In this document: positions 48,325 to 60,274 of the stretch, piece after piece
Numbering within the stretch: the first letter of the stretch is position 1
Layout of the letters: each line of letters starts with the position of its first letter
DNA from: Amphiscolops sp. MND2022
Taxonomy: Eukaryota
Assembly: GCA_964187785.1 (NCBI GenBank)
Contig: OZ076411.1
Coordinates: 46,438,001 to 46,502,000, forward strand
Direction: 5' to 3'
Length of the DNA stretch: 64,000 nt
Notes under the pieces: generated by a model
Seen by the model: only the letters and a program-made list of their open reading frames with translations
Databases searched by the model: none
Told to the model about the DNA's origin: nothing
Made by a program: the position numbers and the translations under genes

Positions 48325-51300
48325 TTAGAGAAAATCTAGGGAACAAATGGAGAACTTGGATGTATCTCTTGGCATACAAGCAGAGAACTTCTTGGTTTTG
48401 GTGAGACAAATAGCAGCTCCGTCGAAAGCGGTCAAAATGCGGGTAGATGAAGTATAGAACATAGACGGATGTGTCTGTGAAGTCACCACCATTTTTTCAT
48501 CCACGCTGGTGTAGCTGTTCACATTGCCAAAATCTTGTACAGAAACTATAGCGCTTTTGATGAAGCCCATGTGCATGAATGTTGCAGCGAACTCCTGAGC
48601 TCCAACATCTGGGTTCTGTTCCTCAAAGAAGTTCCACAGGAATTCTAGTTCTGCTTCATCTCTTGGGTACGTTAAGATGGCGCCACGATTGCGACATTCC
48701 TCAACTTGGCGCGTGAAGTTCCAACCGGGTTCTGAAAACCTGAGTTGAAAGAAGCATCGTTTGAAGTTGAAATTTAGCTCCCCGTTCTCAGCCGCACAAA
48801 CAGTCCGGTACTGTGTATTCTCATGTCTGTGAATGACGTCATTTTGTTTGAGATTCGCTAGTTTAACAAGTTTCAGATATTCTTTCGAAGAATGACCTTG
48901 TCTCAAGAGTCTTTCATTCACGACACTAGTTTGCCCGAATGTTGCATATTGCCATGATAGAGTCGAAACTGTCAGCGATAGTAAAACGCCAAAGATTATA
49001 GCCACTGAAACCCTTTTCGCTTTTCCACAAAGAGTGAAAAACTTATGTTGGTTGTCAGTTATCTCGGCCTGTCCTGTTTTGGGAACAGTGTCCGAACCCT
49101 CAACGGGTTTATACAGAATTGTACCCATCAGCTTCTTGAAAAAAGCAGCATGGTAGTCTTGGAATTTCTGCAGAACCACCAAATAGACTAGCACATTCAG
49201 CTGCGAGTACAAGAGTTGCAGCGGAGTCTTCACAACAAAAAAGTACGAGAGAAAGCTGTCCATGGAGCTGCCGTAACTTTCTTTGTTCCCGGGGTTTCTG
49301 AATCCCAAGAAGCCAAAAACATAATTGGGAGTCCAGCAAACTATCCAAAAAATCCAGCTTAGTGCGAACGCATAGGACAAAGCACGATTGCGTTCGATGC
49401 GTTTTTCTTGCGCCAGTAGACTTTGAATCACGTTGTAATAGAAGAAGCCGGAAAGTGAGGCCGGTATCAAGAAAAACAGAACCATCTCAACGATATTTCT
49501 CGCAGTGTAACGTGAAACCAGCGAATTGCATTTGACTAAAAACTCGTAGTCAAAAAAGTGGGCCCTGCAAACAAAAAGATGAAGGCTTTCTAGTTATGAT
49601 TGCTAATTTTATTAATTGAAAGAATATCGAAGCGTTTCGATTGATAGAATCTGTAGGAACGGGTCCGTTGAACGGTTTTTCATTGACAAAAACATGATCA
49701 ACTTTCATCCCTGCGATAGTTCTGTAATAACTAAAACGGTTAGAATTTGTGACGGTTATGTTTTTTGTCTGAAAGAACTCCTCATATTGATAATCGTCGT
49801 TATTTTCTGACACGTGATTGCGAGATATACACGCATTCATTGTATAGTGAATGTTTTTGTAAAACACGTAGTAACAGATCTTGAATATTGTTTTTCCGTT
49901 AATGAAAAAAAACTGGTTAGAGAACCGTATTATGTTTACGGTGTTAAACATCCCTTGAAAACTGGTTTCCCCTATGTTCAAATTTTTAATCAATAAAAAA
50001 GCTTTCAACGATGCAGCTCCCAAACTCAAAAATAGCCTTTTTGAGCAAATCAAAACAACATTTTCTCATTCTCTAAATTTTGTCGAACAACGTTTCTTGC
50101 ATTATAATTTCATAACTTTCGTTTAAAAGTTTTTCTGATACTATGAAAGAGGCTGCTTTCGGTTGTCAAAAAAGTCATCGGACATTTCAATCCCCCATCA
50201 GTTGCGATGCGATGGTCCATTGATGAACTTGCTTGTGATCTCTTCTTAAGTAAGTAATGCTAAGAACTGTTACTGTGGAAAAAATAGAATCCTATATCTT
50301 CAGTTTGTTTCCCTGTTCTCGGATATTATATTTTAGGCAATGCCTTCTGGAGGAAACTTCTGCTGTAATAGCAAGTAAATAGTTTTAGTTTACAATATTA
50401 ACAACTAGTGGATATGATTGCTCCTATGAACCTACCAAAGGGTAACCGTTTCCTGTTTCTCAACCGAATGAACTGATTTTCCGCAATTTGTTGCCAGTTT
50501 ATTTTATAAAAATGCTTCTAATTTCGAGAGATGTTCCAATTCAGAAGTATATACAAACGCTTCATTGTATTCATTGGTTTAAATTGTTGGGAACATATTT
50601 CTTATTCTCCCCTCGCTGAGGTACACTTTGTTTTTGCTTATCCCCCCAGCATGAAAACACTTTTTTTTGAAAAAATTCTTGCACGAATGAAAGAATTGTA
50701 TATGGTTAAGTCTATTAAGAGGATTGTCTCTACAGCTATTTTGTCGCTCCCAGCTAACAATGTCTGAAATAGAAAAAATCACGTCTGGAACGAGCCAAAA
50801 TCGTACAGATAGACCCCTATTTCAACGCAAAATTTTTCCAAAATAAAATAAAATGAGAGCTAATTTTAACAGTGAGTCAATCAATGTATGAGGAAGGATT
50901 ATGTCGGCATCAAATATTTCATTGAATTAAAGTCTCATCGCAAACAATGTCGACATAAAAGTGTTTGCACCGTGCTTCGTATATACGCCCAAATATATAC
51001 GTGGCCAAATGGGGAACAAATTAGGAACATTGTCCAATTTTTGTTCGAAACGAATTTTAACTAAACCTGGGATTGTCGACGCCTTGTAGATAGGTACGAT
51101 AATTCTGGTTGAAGACCAAATCGAGAGTGCTGCAGATGAAGGCCAGACATACCACGAGAACAATCACCACTGCTATGTTCCGATGAAAGTTCTCCTTTGT
51201 TTGGTAGAGAGGTTTGCAAACGAAGAGGTATCTTTTCAGAGATCGGATTACGTTGCATTGTGTTGGAACTACGTAAATAAGTGAAGAGAAAAGAGCAGTT

Positions 51301-54300
51301 CAATTATTAACCTTGGTTTAGAAATTCATGAGCTTTATGAGAATGTAATCCCTCGTATGAGAATTGAAAAAAAGTTTGAGCAATACGCCAGCTGACCATT
51401 TGATTTTTTTGCGGAGATTTTTTTTCTACTTTTTTGGGGGCCAAACAATCAGAAAAGTGTCAAAATTTTGAAAATATCGACTTTTCGGTCGGTCTGAGGC
51501 TTTTTTTAAAACAAATCTTTTTTTTGCAAACATCTCTTCATAAAAACCAACTGGATATCAGAAGCAATCATTGTTAATAATTTTATCATTGTAACCTTCA
51601 AAACGTTTCAAAAATTTCACAAAATTTTATGGAAACATTAAAAATTTTGAAGTCAATGAGCTTATTCTGAACAGTTTCTGCTGAAAACCAAAGAAAAACA
51701 TCCTGCCTATCTAGTTTAATCGTCTTTGAACGTTTTGAACCTTTTAAAACACAACAACTTTCAAAATTAAACACAAACAGCTCGAAAGCCACATCAACTG
51801 GAAAGTTTTGGATTTCAATTTTTTTTGGGTTGTTTTGAGTTTTTGTTCTACCTGGAACACAACACTTAAAGGGCGTACTAAGTAGCTTGATAAATCATTC
51901 GAACTCACGACACGAAGCCTTTCACAAACAATTGCAGAAATTGTGAAAAATTGCAACAAATCGGTTTGTTTGCGTTTATTCAGGGCTTTTTCCAAACATA
52001 TATTGACAATAATCTCTTCAAATAAACCAACTGGTTATCAAGTGTAATCATTGTTGAACATTTTAACATTGAACCCTTCGAAACATTCCAACGATTTCAC
52101 ACAAATTGCATGAAGTTTTCTATTTTTCGACATTTTTAGATTATTCTGAAGAGTTTTTGAAGCTCTGCATCTTTTTTTTCATTCCATGAAAAACTACAAA
52201 AACTGGTAACTTTTGAAAATTTCAACATCTTCTGTGTCATGTTGAGGCTTTTTCTTAGGGAAAATTGTTCATTCCTTGGAAATTGTGAGAAAAACCACAC
52301 AAACCTTCTGGACAACAATTTTCTTATTTTAAACGTTTTATCTTTCCTATCCACATCGAAAAAATGACAAAAACGGCAAAAAAAATTTAAAATTGGAATC
52401 TTTTTGATTTAAGAAAAGAGTTGACTATAGTCATAACTTTACGTCAGTGCTTTTTCGATACACCTGAACTGTCCAAAATAGTTCTACCAAAAAACTCTGC
52501 GCTTCCATTTTGGCAATATACATAAAACCGTTGAACCGTAAAGCAGTCCCCGGCGACAATAAGACAACCCATAACGGAATTAACACATACCGGAAACAAC
52601 GAAGGCCGTATATAACGTATACCGGATATAACGTTCCTTGGAGAAATTTTCGATGTTACAAAGAGTCCCTTTTTCAATTTTTAAGGAGCTTTAGAGCTGA
52701 TACAAAATCATTTGAAGCCAAAGGGTCCTTTTCGGAATTTTAATGGTATTGTGAGACCTACTTTTTTTAACTTGAGCGAACAGCTGTTTTATTGTCAATG
52801 CTTTATAATACTTTGTTCAAGCTTTTCTTACCTATGTGCGTTTTGTTTCAAAATTTTTGTTTGGTCGAAGGGTACCCTCCGGCATGGCGGATTTCGGCAT
52901 CAGAGAGGGCAGTTTTTCGAGTTGGAAGTTCCTTTCTTAGCACTATGACAGTTTTGCAAAAAAACTGATATTTTTCGAAAAATGAATTTTTCTTTACAGT
53001 TGGGCAAAATGTGGTTTGCGAGTTTTATGCGTAGTATCTTTTGAGGTTCTTTGGCACTGAAAAATTGATACAAATTTAAAAACCGTGTCCTTTGCTTTTT
53101 CAAGAAACTTGAGCGGGCACCGACTTGGGCCGGTGCCGACTTGTTTTCTTAAATAATTGCATTCATCTCTTACAGAACTGCCTAAAACCCCAAAAATCAG
53201 AAAATTTGCGAACTCTTGTCATTTTTGATGCCAAATTGATGCATTTTTCTATTGAACAACTGGATTCATATCTTGAAAAACCTACTGGACAAGGAAGTTT
53301 TTCTTTGATGATCGTTCAATTTTTTAAATACACGATTTAGTCTGTCGAAGTCTGTCCATTCAAAGAAAAAAAACAAAAATCTCTACAAATACATATCGCA
53401 TCAAACTAAATTTATGTCTGTTGAATTCTATGGGTGACAGCCTTCAATTTAAATATTAATTTTGTAGGGAAATGGACGATTGAGTCCCAAATGAAAAAAG
53501 CGACAATTGAGTCCCAAAACAAATTGAGTCCAAAAATTAATTAAATTTAGGGGGTCGACAATTGAGTCCCGCGACAATTGAGTCCCAAATAATTCAGAAA
53601 TGAAATATTATTATAACGTAGTCAGATATGTTCACATACCCCTAGTGCTCTAAATGTAGGAGCGAAGCGAAGCGGAGCGACGTGCCATATGGCCATGCCT
53701 CAATGTTGCTACTTGGCGAAGGGAGCGAAGCGACCGAGCCATACAACAAATATGCAACCTTTTCAATTGTCGCTATTTACATTTGGGACTCAACTGTCGG
53801 CATTTGGTAAGTTCGTCAAAGTAATTTGTTTGGGACTCAATTGTCGCGGGACTCAATTGACGCTTTTTGCATTTGGGACTCAATTTTTATTGGGACTCAA
53901 TTTGTTTTGGGACTCAATCGTTGCCTCACCAATTTTGTAACATGGCAAATTTTTTTTTTAAAAATGAGGTTGATCTAAATAGTTTCCTTTCCAATATGAA
54001 ATATGGACCGAAAATAATAAATTAAGTTGTACTAATTAGTGGTACAATTCAGTCAAAAGTGACTTTTCGATTTAACTAGAAAATAAGGTAAACTAGAAAA
54101 TTGCCGAGAGAGTTCAAAAAATACTTTTGAAAGTAAATTCTAGTTCTAATTACTCAATTAAAGAGGTACTGTTTTTAAGTCGGCGTTTTCATTAATGTAG
54201 AGTCCCAATTTTTGCTTCATCAATGCTCGCAAAAAATCCAAAGTAATTCTACATACAACACAAAGCTTGCGAAACACGAGACCGCATGTGAGCGATAAAA

Positions 54301-55449
54301 AGCAGGGTTGCCGAGTGTCGCCAAATAGATAGAAAGATCAATCCCGGCAATGCAAGGTCTTTGTCTGAATGAGTAAAACTCGGGAAAATGAAGTACCTAA
54401 CGTTAAAGTGAATTTGGTTGAGCAAAAACTTACATAAAATTTCCCAACGTTTTTAGGGAGTTTCTCTGGTTATTTTCTCCGATAAAAGGATTCCAGGTAC
54501 CCATGTTTTTGTTTTTGAGCTTTGAGCGGTGCACCGACGTAAGCCGTTCTAATTTTTTTGCTTTGGGTTTCTCCCTGATTTGATAAAATCCGATCTCTTA
54601 CCTGAACCCAACAGTGGCTAGCATACACACCCCCGTGCTATACTCATTCAAAAGCAGTCTCAAATGAGTCACAATGCAAGATGTCCGTCTATCCAATACC
54701 ATGATATCGACCAATTGTGAGATTCTCACGACGTACGATTTCATGATCATGTGTCTGCTATTTCTGTAGGACTCGATATTCGAGTAGAGCTCAATTTCAC
54801 TCACCAAATTTGCAAATCCAGGCCCGATTAAGTCACAAATAGCTTGAAACATGACTGGAAACATGTGCCAGCAGCGCAATTCTTCAGTGGCCATTAGGAA
54901 TGCAATGAGCAACGCGTTTCCTAAAATGGCGACATTATTTCTGATGGCAATTCAACATGAAAAAGACGAATGCGTTTTAATGGTTATCTCGCAACCAACA
55001 AACTACAAAACATGAAGATGATTCTCTAATTATATAAAAATTTTTGCAAAATTTAGCAAGTTTTTTAAAATAAATTTTTCAAAACGTTTTTTTTTGTTCC
55101 CACAACCAAAAAATCATTTGAAATTAAACAAATTGTCAAATTGTCCGTGGAACATTTCCTGATATTTTTAAATGAAATTAACAATCGAGTTTTTCACAAA
55201 CGTTTTTTCGGAAGGCTTTCTCTAGGTTGAGGCTTAGAAACTGACACAAAGCAATAAGCGCCGATAAAAAACAGTATGCTTACCGAGAATGCAATATGTG
55301 CTTAAGCAACAAGTGACGATTTGCCGGAATTTCATGAACAGCATGAATGCGCCATCGAGATTCAGGCCTGCTCCTGACAGTATAAGATTGACGTTCGAAA
55401 ATGACAGATCATACCAAGTGAGGGTCTCCTCAAAATGGGTGATGTTCAT
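48325..55449 (-). CDS. Rhodopsin-like (class A) GPCR fused to an extra TM helix and a C-terminal C-type lectin-like domain
   Basis: Exons 55449-55284, 54920-54602, 51268-51067, 49564-48325. TM1 YCIL-GNALLIA, TM2 FQAICDL, TM3 SLKRYLFVCKP, TM5 LFFLIP..FY, TM6 CWTPNY, TM7 LYSQLNVLVY, TM8 VSVAIIFGVLLSLTVSTLSW, then a six-Cys CTLD. The exon 2/3 junction is out of phase (2 vs 1): missing microexon, indel or pseudogene. Confidence 0.8.
52430..53148 (-). mobile_element. Degenerate Helentron-like repeat in GPCR intron
   Basis: Right end gggcaccgacttgggccggtgccgacttgttt; agaactattttggacagttcaggtgtatcgaaaaa is shared with the 19434-19462 segment. Confidence 0.5.
53466..53930. mobile_element. Foldback element with modular inverted arms
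   Basis: Left arm repeats (ca)attgagtccc about 5x; right arm repeats gggactcaat about 7x; unrelated central spacer. Confidence 0.75.
54173..54550 (-). mobile_element. Degenerate Helentron-like repeat
   Basis: tttttaagtcggcg left end; gagctttgagcggtgcaccgacgtaagccgttc right end. Confidence 0.5.
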
Positions 55450-55613
55450 TTCGGGTGCCTGTGAAGTAGTCCATTCACTAGATGTACTAGTGAAAGAAGT
55501 TGTCGATGTTGAGGTGCCGGTGAATCACGGTTGTTACTCTTTTATCTACACCCTATGCTTCAAAACTGTTCTACCGTTTTCGTGAGTTTAATAGCTGCCA
55601 AAATCTCATTACA

Positions 55614-55802
55614 CCCTTGTTGAGATAAAAAGTAGGGTCCTTGCAACGATCTTGAAAGAACATTGCAAGATACTTGCCTAAAATGCATTCTTTTCAAGAA
55701 GCTTGCAAGCAATACCTCCACTTGCGAGAATTTTCAAGAAATAGATTAAATGCAAGGATCTGGCAAAATCTTTACAAGGGTCACACGTTTTCTCAACCAG
55801 GG
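55614..55802. mobile_element. MITE with CCCT-starting TIRs and a 2-bp TSD (CACTA-like)
   Basis: CCCTTGTTGAGATAAA / TTTTCTCAACCAGGG flanked by CA...CA; internal CTTGCAAG motifs; 165 bp upstream of the GPCR ATG. Confidence 0.65.
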
Positions 55803-56522
55803 CACTCTAATGCTTTTCGATCGAGAATCTTTGTGTCAAATGTCGGTACCCTAGTTGAGACTGCTTGAACTTTTTACATGCTGCAGGCCTGCATGCAGGG
55901 TATTTTTTTTATAAAACCTAGAAAATTCAGTATGCATCCGTTGGTAAATCTTGTAGAATTACACTGCATTCTCCACTACTGCAATTAAATTTGAAAATAT
56001 TTTCCTCTTCTTTATGGACATGATCACGTTTTATTCACACATTAATTTCTCAACTACTCATCTGATTTAACCACCGCTTCTCAAATAGGACGCTGAAGAT
56101 GACGCTAGTTTGCTGTTTACATTGTGAATGAAATTAAATTGCATTGAAATGGCGGCAAAATTGTGAACGTCTCAGATGCATTTAAAATTAGAACTGATGC
56201 ATAATAAAACTCGCAGAACTTCACGGCTTGAAATTGCCGCCAAAACTTTGATGATTCTTTAAAGCAGCTTGATAAAAGTTGATGACAACAGGGAAATAAT
56301 AACGCATTGAAGTTTCCGTAAGAGATTTAGAAAATCATTGAAAAAGTTGCTGGCAACTTTAAAGAACATATAAAAAATCCAAGCAAGTTCAACAAGGGTA
56401 CTGAAACTCTCGCAGATGTCAGAAAAAATGTAACCTTATTATAATATTTTGATCAGCGCTAGCAAAAGCTTCTCCTTAAAAACTATTAGTAATTTTGGAT
56501 TTTAGTAATTAACAAGGATCAG

Positions 56523-57125
56523 CTATTGAAAATAATATCTGTCGTAAGCACGAGAGTTTGTGCTCGTGACCCCGTCTTTAGGACGGTCATTGGCCTGTTT
56601 GTTCTTAGAATTATTTCTAGGTTCTAAGTTTTGCAGTACTTCAGAATATCCTTCCGGTCTCTCGGCCGGAACGTTCCATCCCCCTTTGGTCAATTGTCCC
56701 GATCCGGCCATAACTACATTTTGGATTTGAGGCAAAATTTGGCTGCTAATTGCCTCATTTATGGCTCTTTGAATCTGAACACTGACACTATTCATCATTT
56801 CGTCCATCTCTCGAGATATACGTGAATTTAACTCACTCGACAATCTATTGATCTCAACGCTTGAACATTCTCTGATTGAATTATGGCCTAATTCGGTATT
56901 TGGACTTGGTCCATTATTTCTTGAGTTCGGGAACTCATTCTCATTTTCAAGTTCAACTCCAAATAGGCTTTCTGGTCTACCGGCTTGATTACTATTCACA
57001 CTTTCATTTCTCTCACTTCTATCAAAGTGGTTTTCACCTAACATAATATCCAGATTTTCAATATCTGATAACATCTCAAGTCCTCTAGACTTTCTAGCTT
57101 TCTTTTGTTTTCTAGTAGTTGGCAT
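56523..57125 (-). CDS. Gag-like N-terminal ORF, cut at the LTR-like boundary
   Basis: MPTTRKQKKARKSR...INRLSSELNSRISREMDEMMNSVSVQIQRAINEAI coiled coil. The reading frame leaves the element at ...AYD (56541) and stops 5 codons later in flanking DNA. Confidence 0.55.
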   Translation of the reverse strand: MPTTRKQKKARKSRGLEMLSDIENLDIMLGENHFDRSERNESVNSNQAGRPESLFGVELENENEFPNSRNNGPSPNTELGHNSIRECSSVEINRLSSELNSRISREMDEMMNSVSVQIQRAINEAISSQILPQIQNVVMAGSGQLTKGGWNVPAERPEGYSEVLQNLEPRNNSKNKQANDRPKDGVTSTNSRAYDRYYFQ

Positions 57126-58301
57126 TGAAACAGTTCCGAATCAATAATGAATTAATCAACACGGAAATAACAGCGGTGCCGTTTGTGGATTAAACTTAAC
57201 TAGAGTAAAATGGAAGGAATTAATAATTTCCCCAACGGGATGACAGTATTTATACCCTTCAGGGAATGACAGTCACATTCCTTACATAACTAGTTAGGTT
57301 GATAGCATCATATGACCATTGGTTCCATGATGAAAACCCTGATATTCACATACCTTCGGGGACATCTAAGGAATGGCATTTATGGGTCATATAGTCAAAA
57401 GGTAGCTTCAAACGAGCTGCCGATTAAGGCATGTACATCAAAGTGTCAACAAATATCTTTTGTTTACATAACTCACGCAAAGTGAATTGGAGGCACGTGC
57501 CGACACAAGATTTATCATATACTACACTGAGAATGGAATGTATAATCGCACATAAAGGCTATGGTATGAATCCCCATTCATAAAAATACATTTCATGCTG
57601 AAGCCGAAATGGGCTTAATTCCGTAAGTACATACAGCACAATAGGGAAGTGAAGGAAAATAGCCTTGTCCGTCTATTTTTACATATGCTAGGATCACACA
57701 GATAATATAGTATCATAAGCACCTTTATATGTTTCAGGGATGAATTAATGCTAGTTCTGGGTTAATGCTCGGTTAACTGAACAATAAAACACAAATATGC
57801 ATGAAGTGGCCATAATCGACCATTTGATCAGAGTACCAATTGAAACCATATATATTAGTTCAATGGGCCTTACTCGGCCAAATACTAAACAAAGCTTTAC
57901 ATTATCAACAATGAACATTTAAACTACATGAAAGAACAATTGTATTATTACTAATAAAGTAACGATGTACTAAGTTAGTCCCTTTTCATTATCGCTTCGT
58001 GGCCGGAACCGGCCGTTTGACCAAAGTAGTGAGCAGCGAGAGCGGAATTTCGTCAGACGGCCTTAACCGGCCAATTAACAAATACAATAATAGTACAGCA
58101 AGAATTACAGCACGTGATTGGCTAGCACAACTGTGGTGAGTTATATCGCCGAGAAGGGACGTTTTCGCACTCGAACACGTTTCCTTCTCGCGATTAACTT
58201 GCTCTCTTATTGTTTGCTACAGCATCAATACAACTTTGCAATTTAATTCAGCTACTACATCAACGAACCGATTTGGCTAATCCCAAATCGTAATATTAAC
58301 A
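56540..58301 (-). mobile_element. Putative long LTR of a Ty3/Gypsy-like element; right boundary uncertain
   Basis: Sharp composition change at TGTCGTAAGC (minus-strand end ...GCTTACGACA). Candidate other end TGTTAATATT at 58301. No PPT, PBS or TSD confirmed. Confidence 0.5.
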
Positions 58302-58397
58302 GACTAGTTTGAACATCCAATATAAATAACCAAATAAAATAAATACAAACAAAAATACATAATGTAAACAGTTTCCAAAGTTTTAGCAGTTTTATTC

Positions 58398-59180
58398 TTA
58401 AAAAGTTGGCAGCGTTCCGGGTATGACTTCTTGGTCATTGCTTGTTGTCGTAATCATAGTGCCGTCACAGGCGGCAGCCTGCGACACTGCGGGTGCAAGA
58501 AAAAGAAACGAACCTGCGTTCAATCCGTTTTCGTAGGCTTCTCTCCTCAGCTTTGTTATGAATTCTGGCTCATCTCTCGGTGTAGATCTGTTCATGTACC
58601 AGTCCACTCGCTGTTTCTTGATCGCATCTACTGAGCGGCCGCAGACCATACATCCGGTATAACGTGTTTCGCTCACGTTCTCGTACGGCCTCGTGTTTTG
58701 AATGTGGTATGAAGCCCTGAATCCTGAATCAGCCACTACTAGCGGGGTATCCACAGACGGTCCTCTCTCATGAGGAGGCGGTGACAGTGGTGATTCCATG
58801 ACAGGAAGTAGAGTTTTGCAAAGCTCTATCCGAGATTTCCCTATCTTCTTTGGGGGAGCATAACACATTTCGTTATCGAAGTATTTGTGGTCCAACTTCG
58901 GGGTCACGTCTGCCTGCATCTGCCTGGAGCTCGGACCAGCTTCTGTATCTTCTTCTTCTTCGGGCAAATCTACAGTCATAATGCGGCCCCCTATTAACAT
59001 GGGGCTGGAGACTACTTCTCTCTCGATCCTGGCTACTAGTTGTTCAGTATCAGTGGAACAGTCGGTTTCCCAGTCTGAGGCTTCACTCTCACTACTAGAT
59101 ATGTAGATGACAGATTCGTTAGATTCATCAGAATCATAGTCCAAGTCGAATAATTTTCTCGCCAGATTGTACTTGCTCAT
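58398..59180 (-). CDS. Orphan 260-aa ORF, acidic N-terminus plus CxxC (GCMVCG); probable element accessory gene
   Basis: Intact, intronless, ATG-initiated, GC-richer than host DNA. Confidence 0.65.
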   Translation of the reverse strand: MSKYNLARKLFDLDYDSDESNESVIYISSSESEASDWETDCSTDTEQLVARIEREVVSSPMLIGGRIMTVDLPEEEEDTEAGPSSRQMQADVTPKLDHKYFDNEMCYAPPKKIGKSRIELCKTLLPVMESPLSPPPHERGPSVDTPLVVADSGFRASYHIQNTRPYENVSETRYTGCMVCGRSVDAIKKQRVDWYMNRSTPRDEPEFITKLRREAYENGLNAGSFLFLAPAVSQAAACDGTMITTTSNDQEVIPGTLPTF

Positions 59181-59545
59181 TATGAGTTTTTTAGCTATCT
59201 TGAAGCTTGAGGAGGCAACTAGTCAGAGTCAAAGTTTGAGATAGAATGAATCCAACAAATTTGAGAATTTAGCCGACTCGGGCCTTTTCCCGGCAATTCG
59301 TTTTCGGCGGTTGAATCTTCGGTAAATTGTCCTGATTCGACATAAACATTCCTGAATGGAATTCCATAATTAGTTGGCCGCCTTTGATATACCGATGTTT
59401 ACCCGTCATCAACGCCATCACCTGAAGAGGTGTGAACGACGCTTGAGCTGTTAACGTCAATTCTCTCCATCTCAAGTGGGTAATTAACGGGTCGCTTGAA
59501 GGCTATTAACGGCACGCGCCGCTAAATTCTTTCAACATGGCTTCA

Positions 59546-59554
59546 GCCAATCAG
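59546..59554 (+). promoter_or_regulatory. CCAAT box (GCCAATCAG)
   Basis: Consensus NF-Y-like site upstream of the 58398-59180 ORF; a second site (tgattggct) lies near 58115. Function not shown. Confidence 0.3.
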
Positions 59555-59556
59555 AG

Positions 59557-60274
59557 TTAAGCTCCGATAAAATGAAAAATTAAGTAATAAAATGGCGAAA
59601 ATGATAAATTAAAATAATTCAAAATGGCGGAAATAACAATTTGAGTAACTAAAATAACGGAAGTCCCAATTAGGACAACAAACAAAATGGAACAAGATGG
59701 TAAACCGAAATAGGGTAAACGGCCGTAATCGGCCAATAATTCCATAAGTTGTAAATAATGAAGTAATCTTTGTACATTTCGCTGGCAGACTCCATGTACA
59801 GAATAAATATGTAAATCATCCCATAAAATTAGTCTGGTAATAATCTTCAGCCACGAACTCCAACTCTTCAATTCTTTATTTTGAATTCCAATTCAATTCC
59901 TTTTATTTTAATTGCATTTCCTCGTCCATATTCATCCAGTCAGTCTTCATCGTCAAACTATCCTTTCTGTCTTCAATCCCTCCAGCCAGTCTTCTCTTCA
60001 GAGTATCTCTGTTTCTCCCCTTCAAGCCAAGTCCGGCCAATTTCCTTCGTGGCAGCAATCCGATTGGAGCATTTCCCGTTTCGTCCCAGCTCAGAATGTC
60101 TTCAACTGAAGGTTGGTTTGTTTCTTTTTTGAACTCAAATTTAACTTGATCAGGGCTAAATTCGTTCACAAAATGCTTCCTGTTTCCATCAATAGATGCG
60201 TGATAACACATTTCATTCGAATTTTCATAGCACTTCCGGAAGTTTTCTAACGCGGTAAAATGGATTTTTTTCAA
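59557..60274 (-). other. Short or stop-interrupted orphan ORFs (123 aa and 104 aa)
   Basis: ORFs 59903-60274 and 59557-59871; protein-like text continues across stops (RIEELEFVAEDYY). Confidence 0.3.

Noticed and set aside
49550-50053. 167-aa ORF upstream of the GPCR last exon as an extra exon or gene
   Set aside because: It ends across the GPCR splice acceptor in a different frame, is AT-rich, and has no phase-compatible splice sites that I could find.
52444-52677. Candidate missing GPCR exon
   Set aside because: Part of the sequence matches the Helentron-like repeat interior, and the length is far too great for the few missing TM3 residues.
58290-58320. Firm LTR boundary with PPT or PBS at 58301
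   Set aside because: TG...CA fits, but neither a purine tract nor a TGG primer site is adjacent; boundary left tentative.
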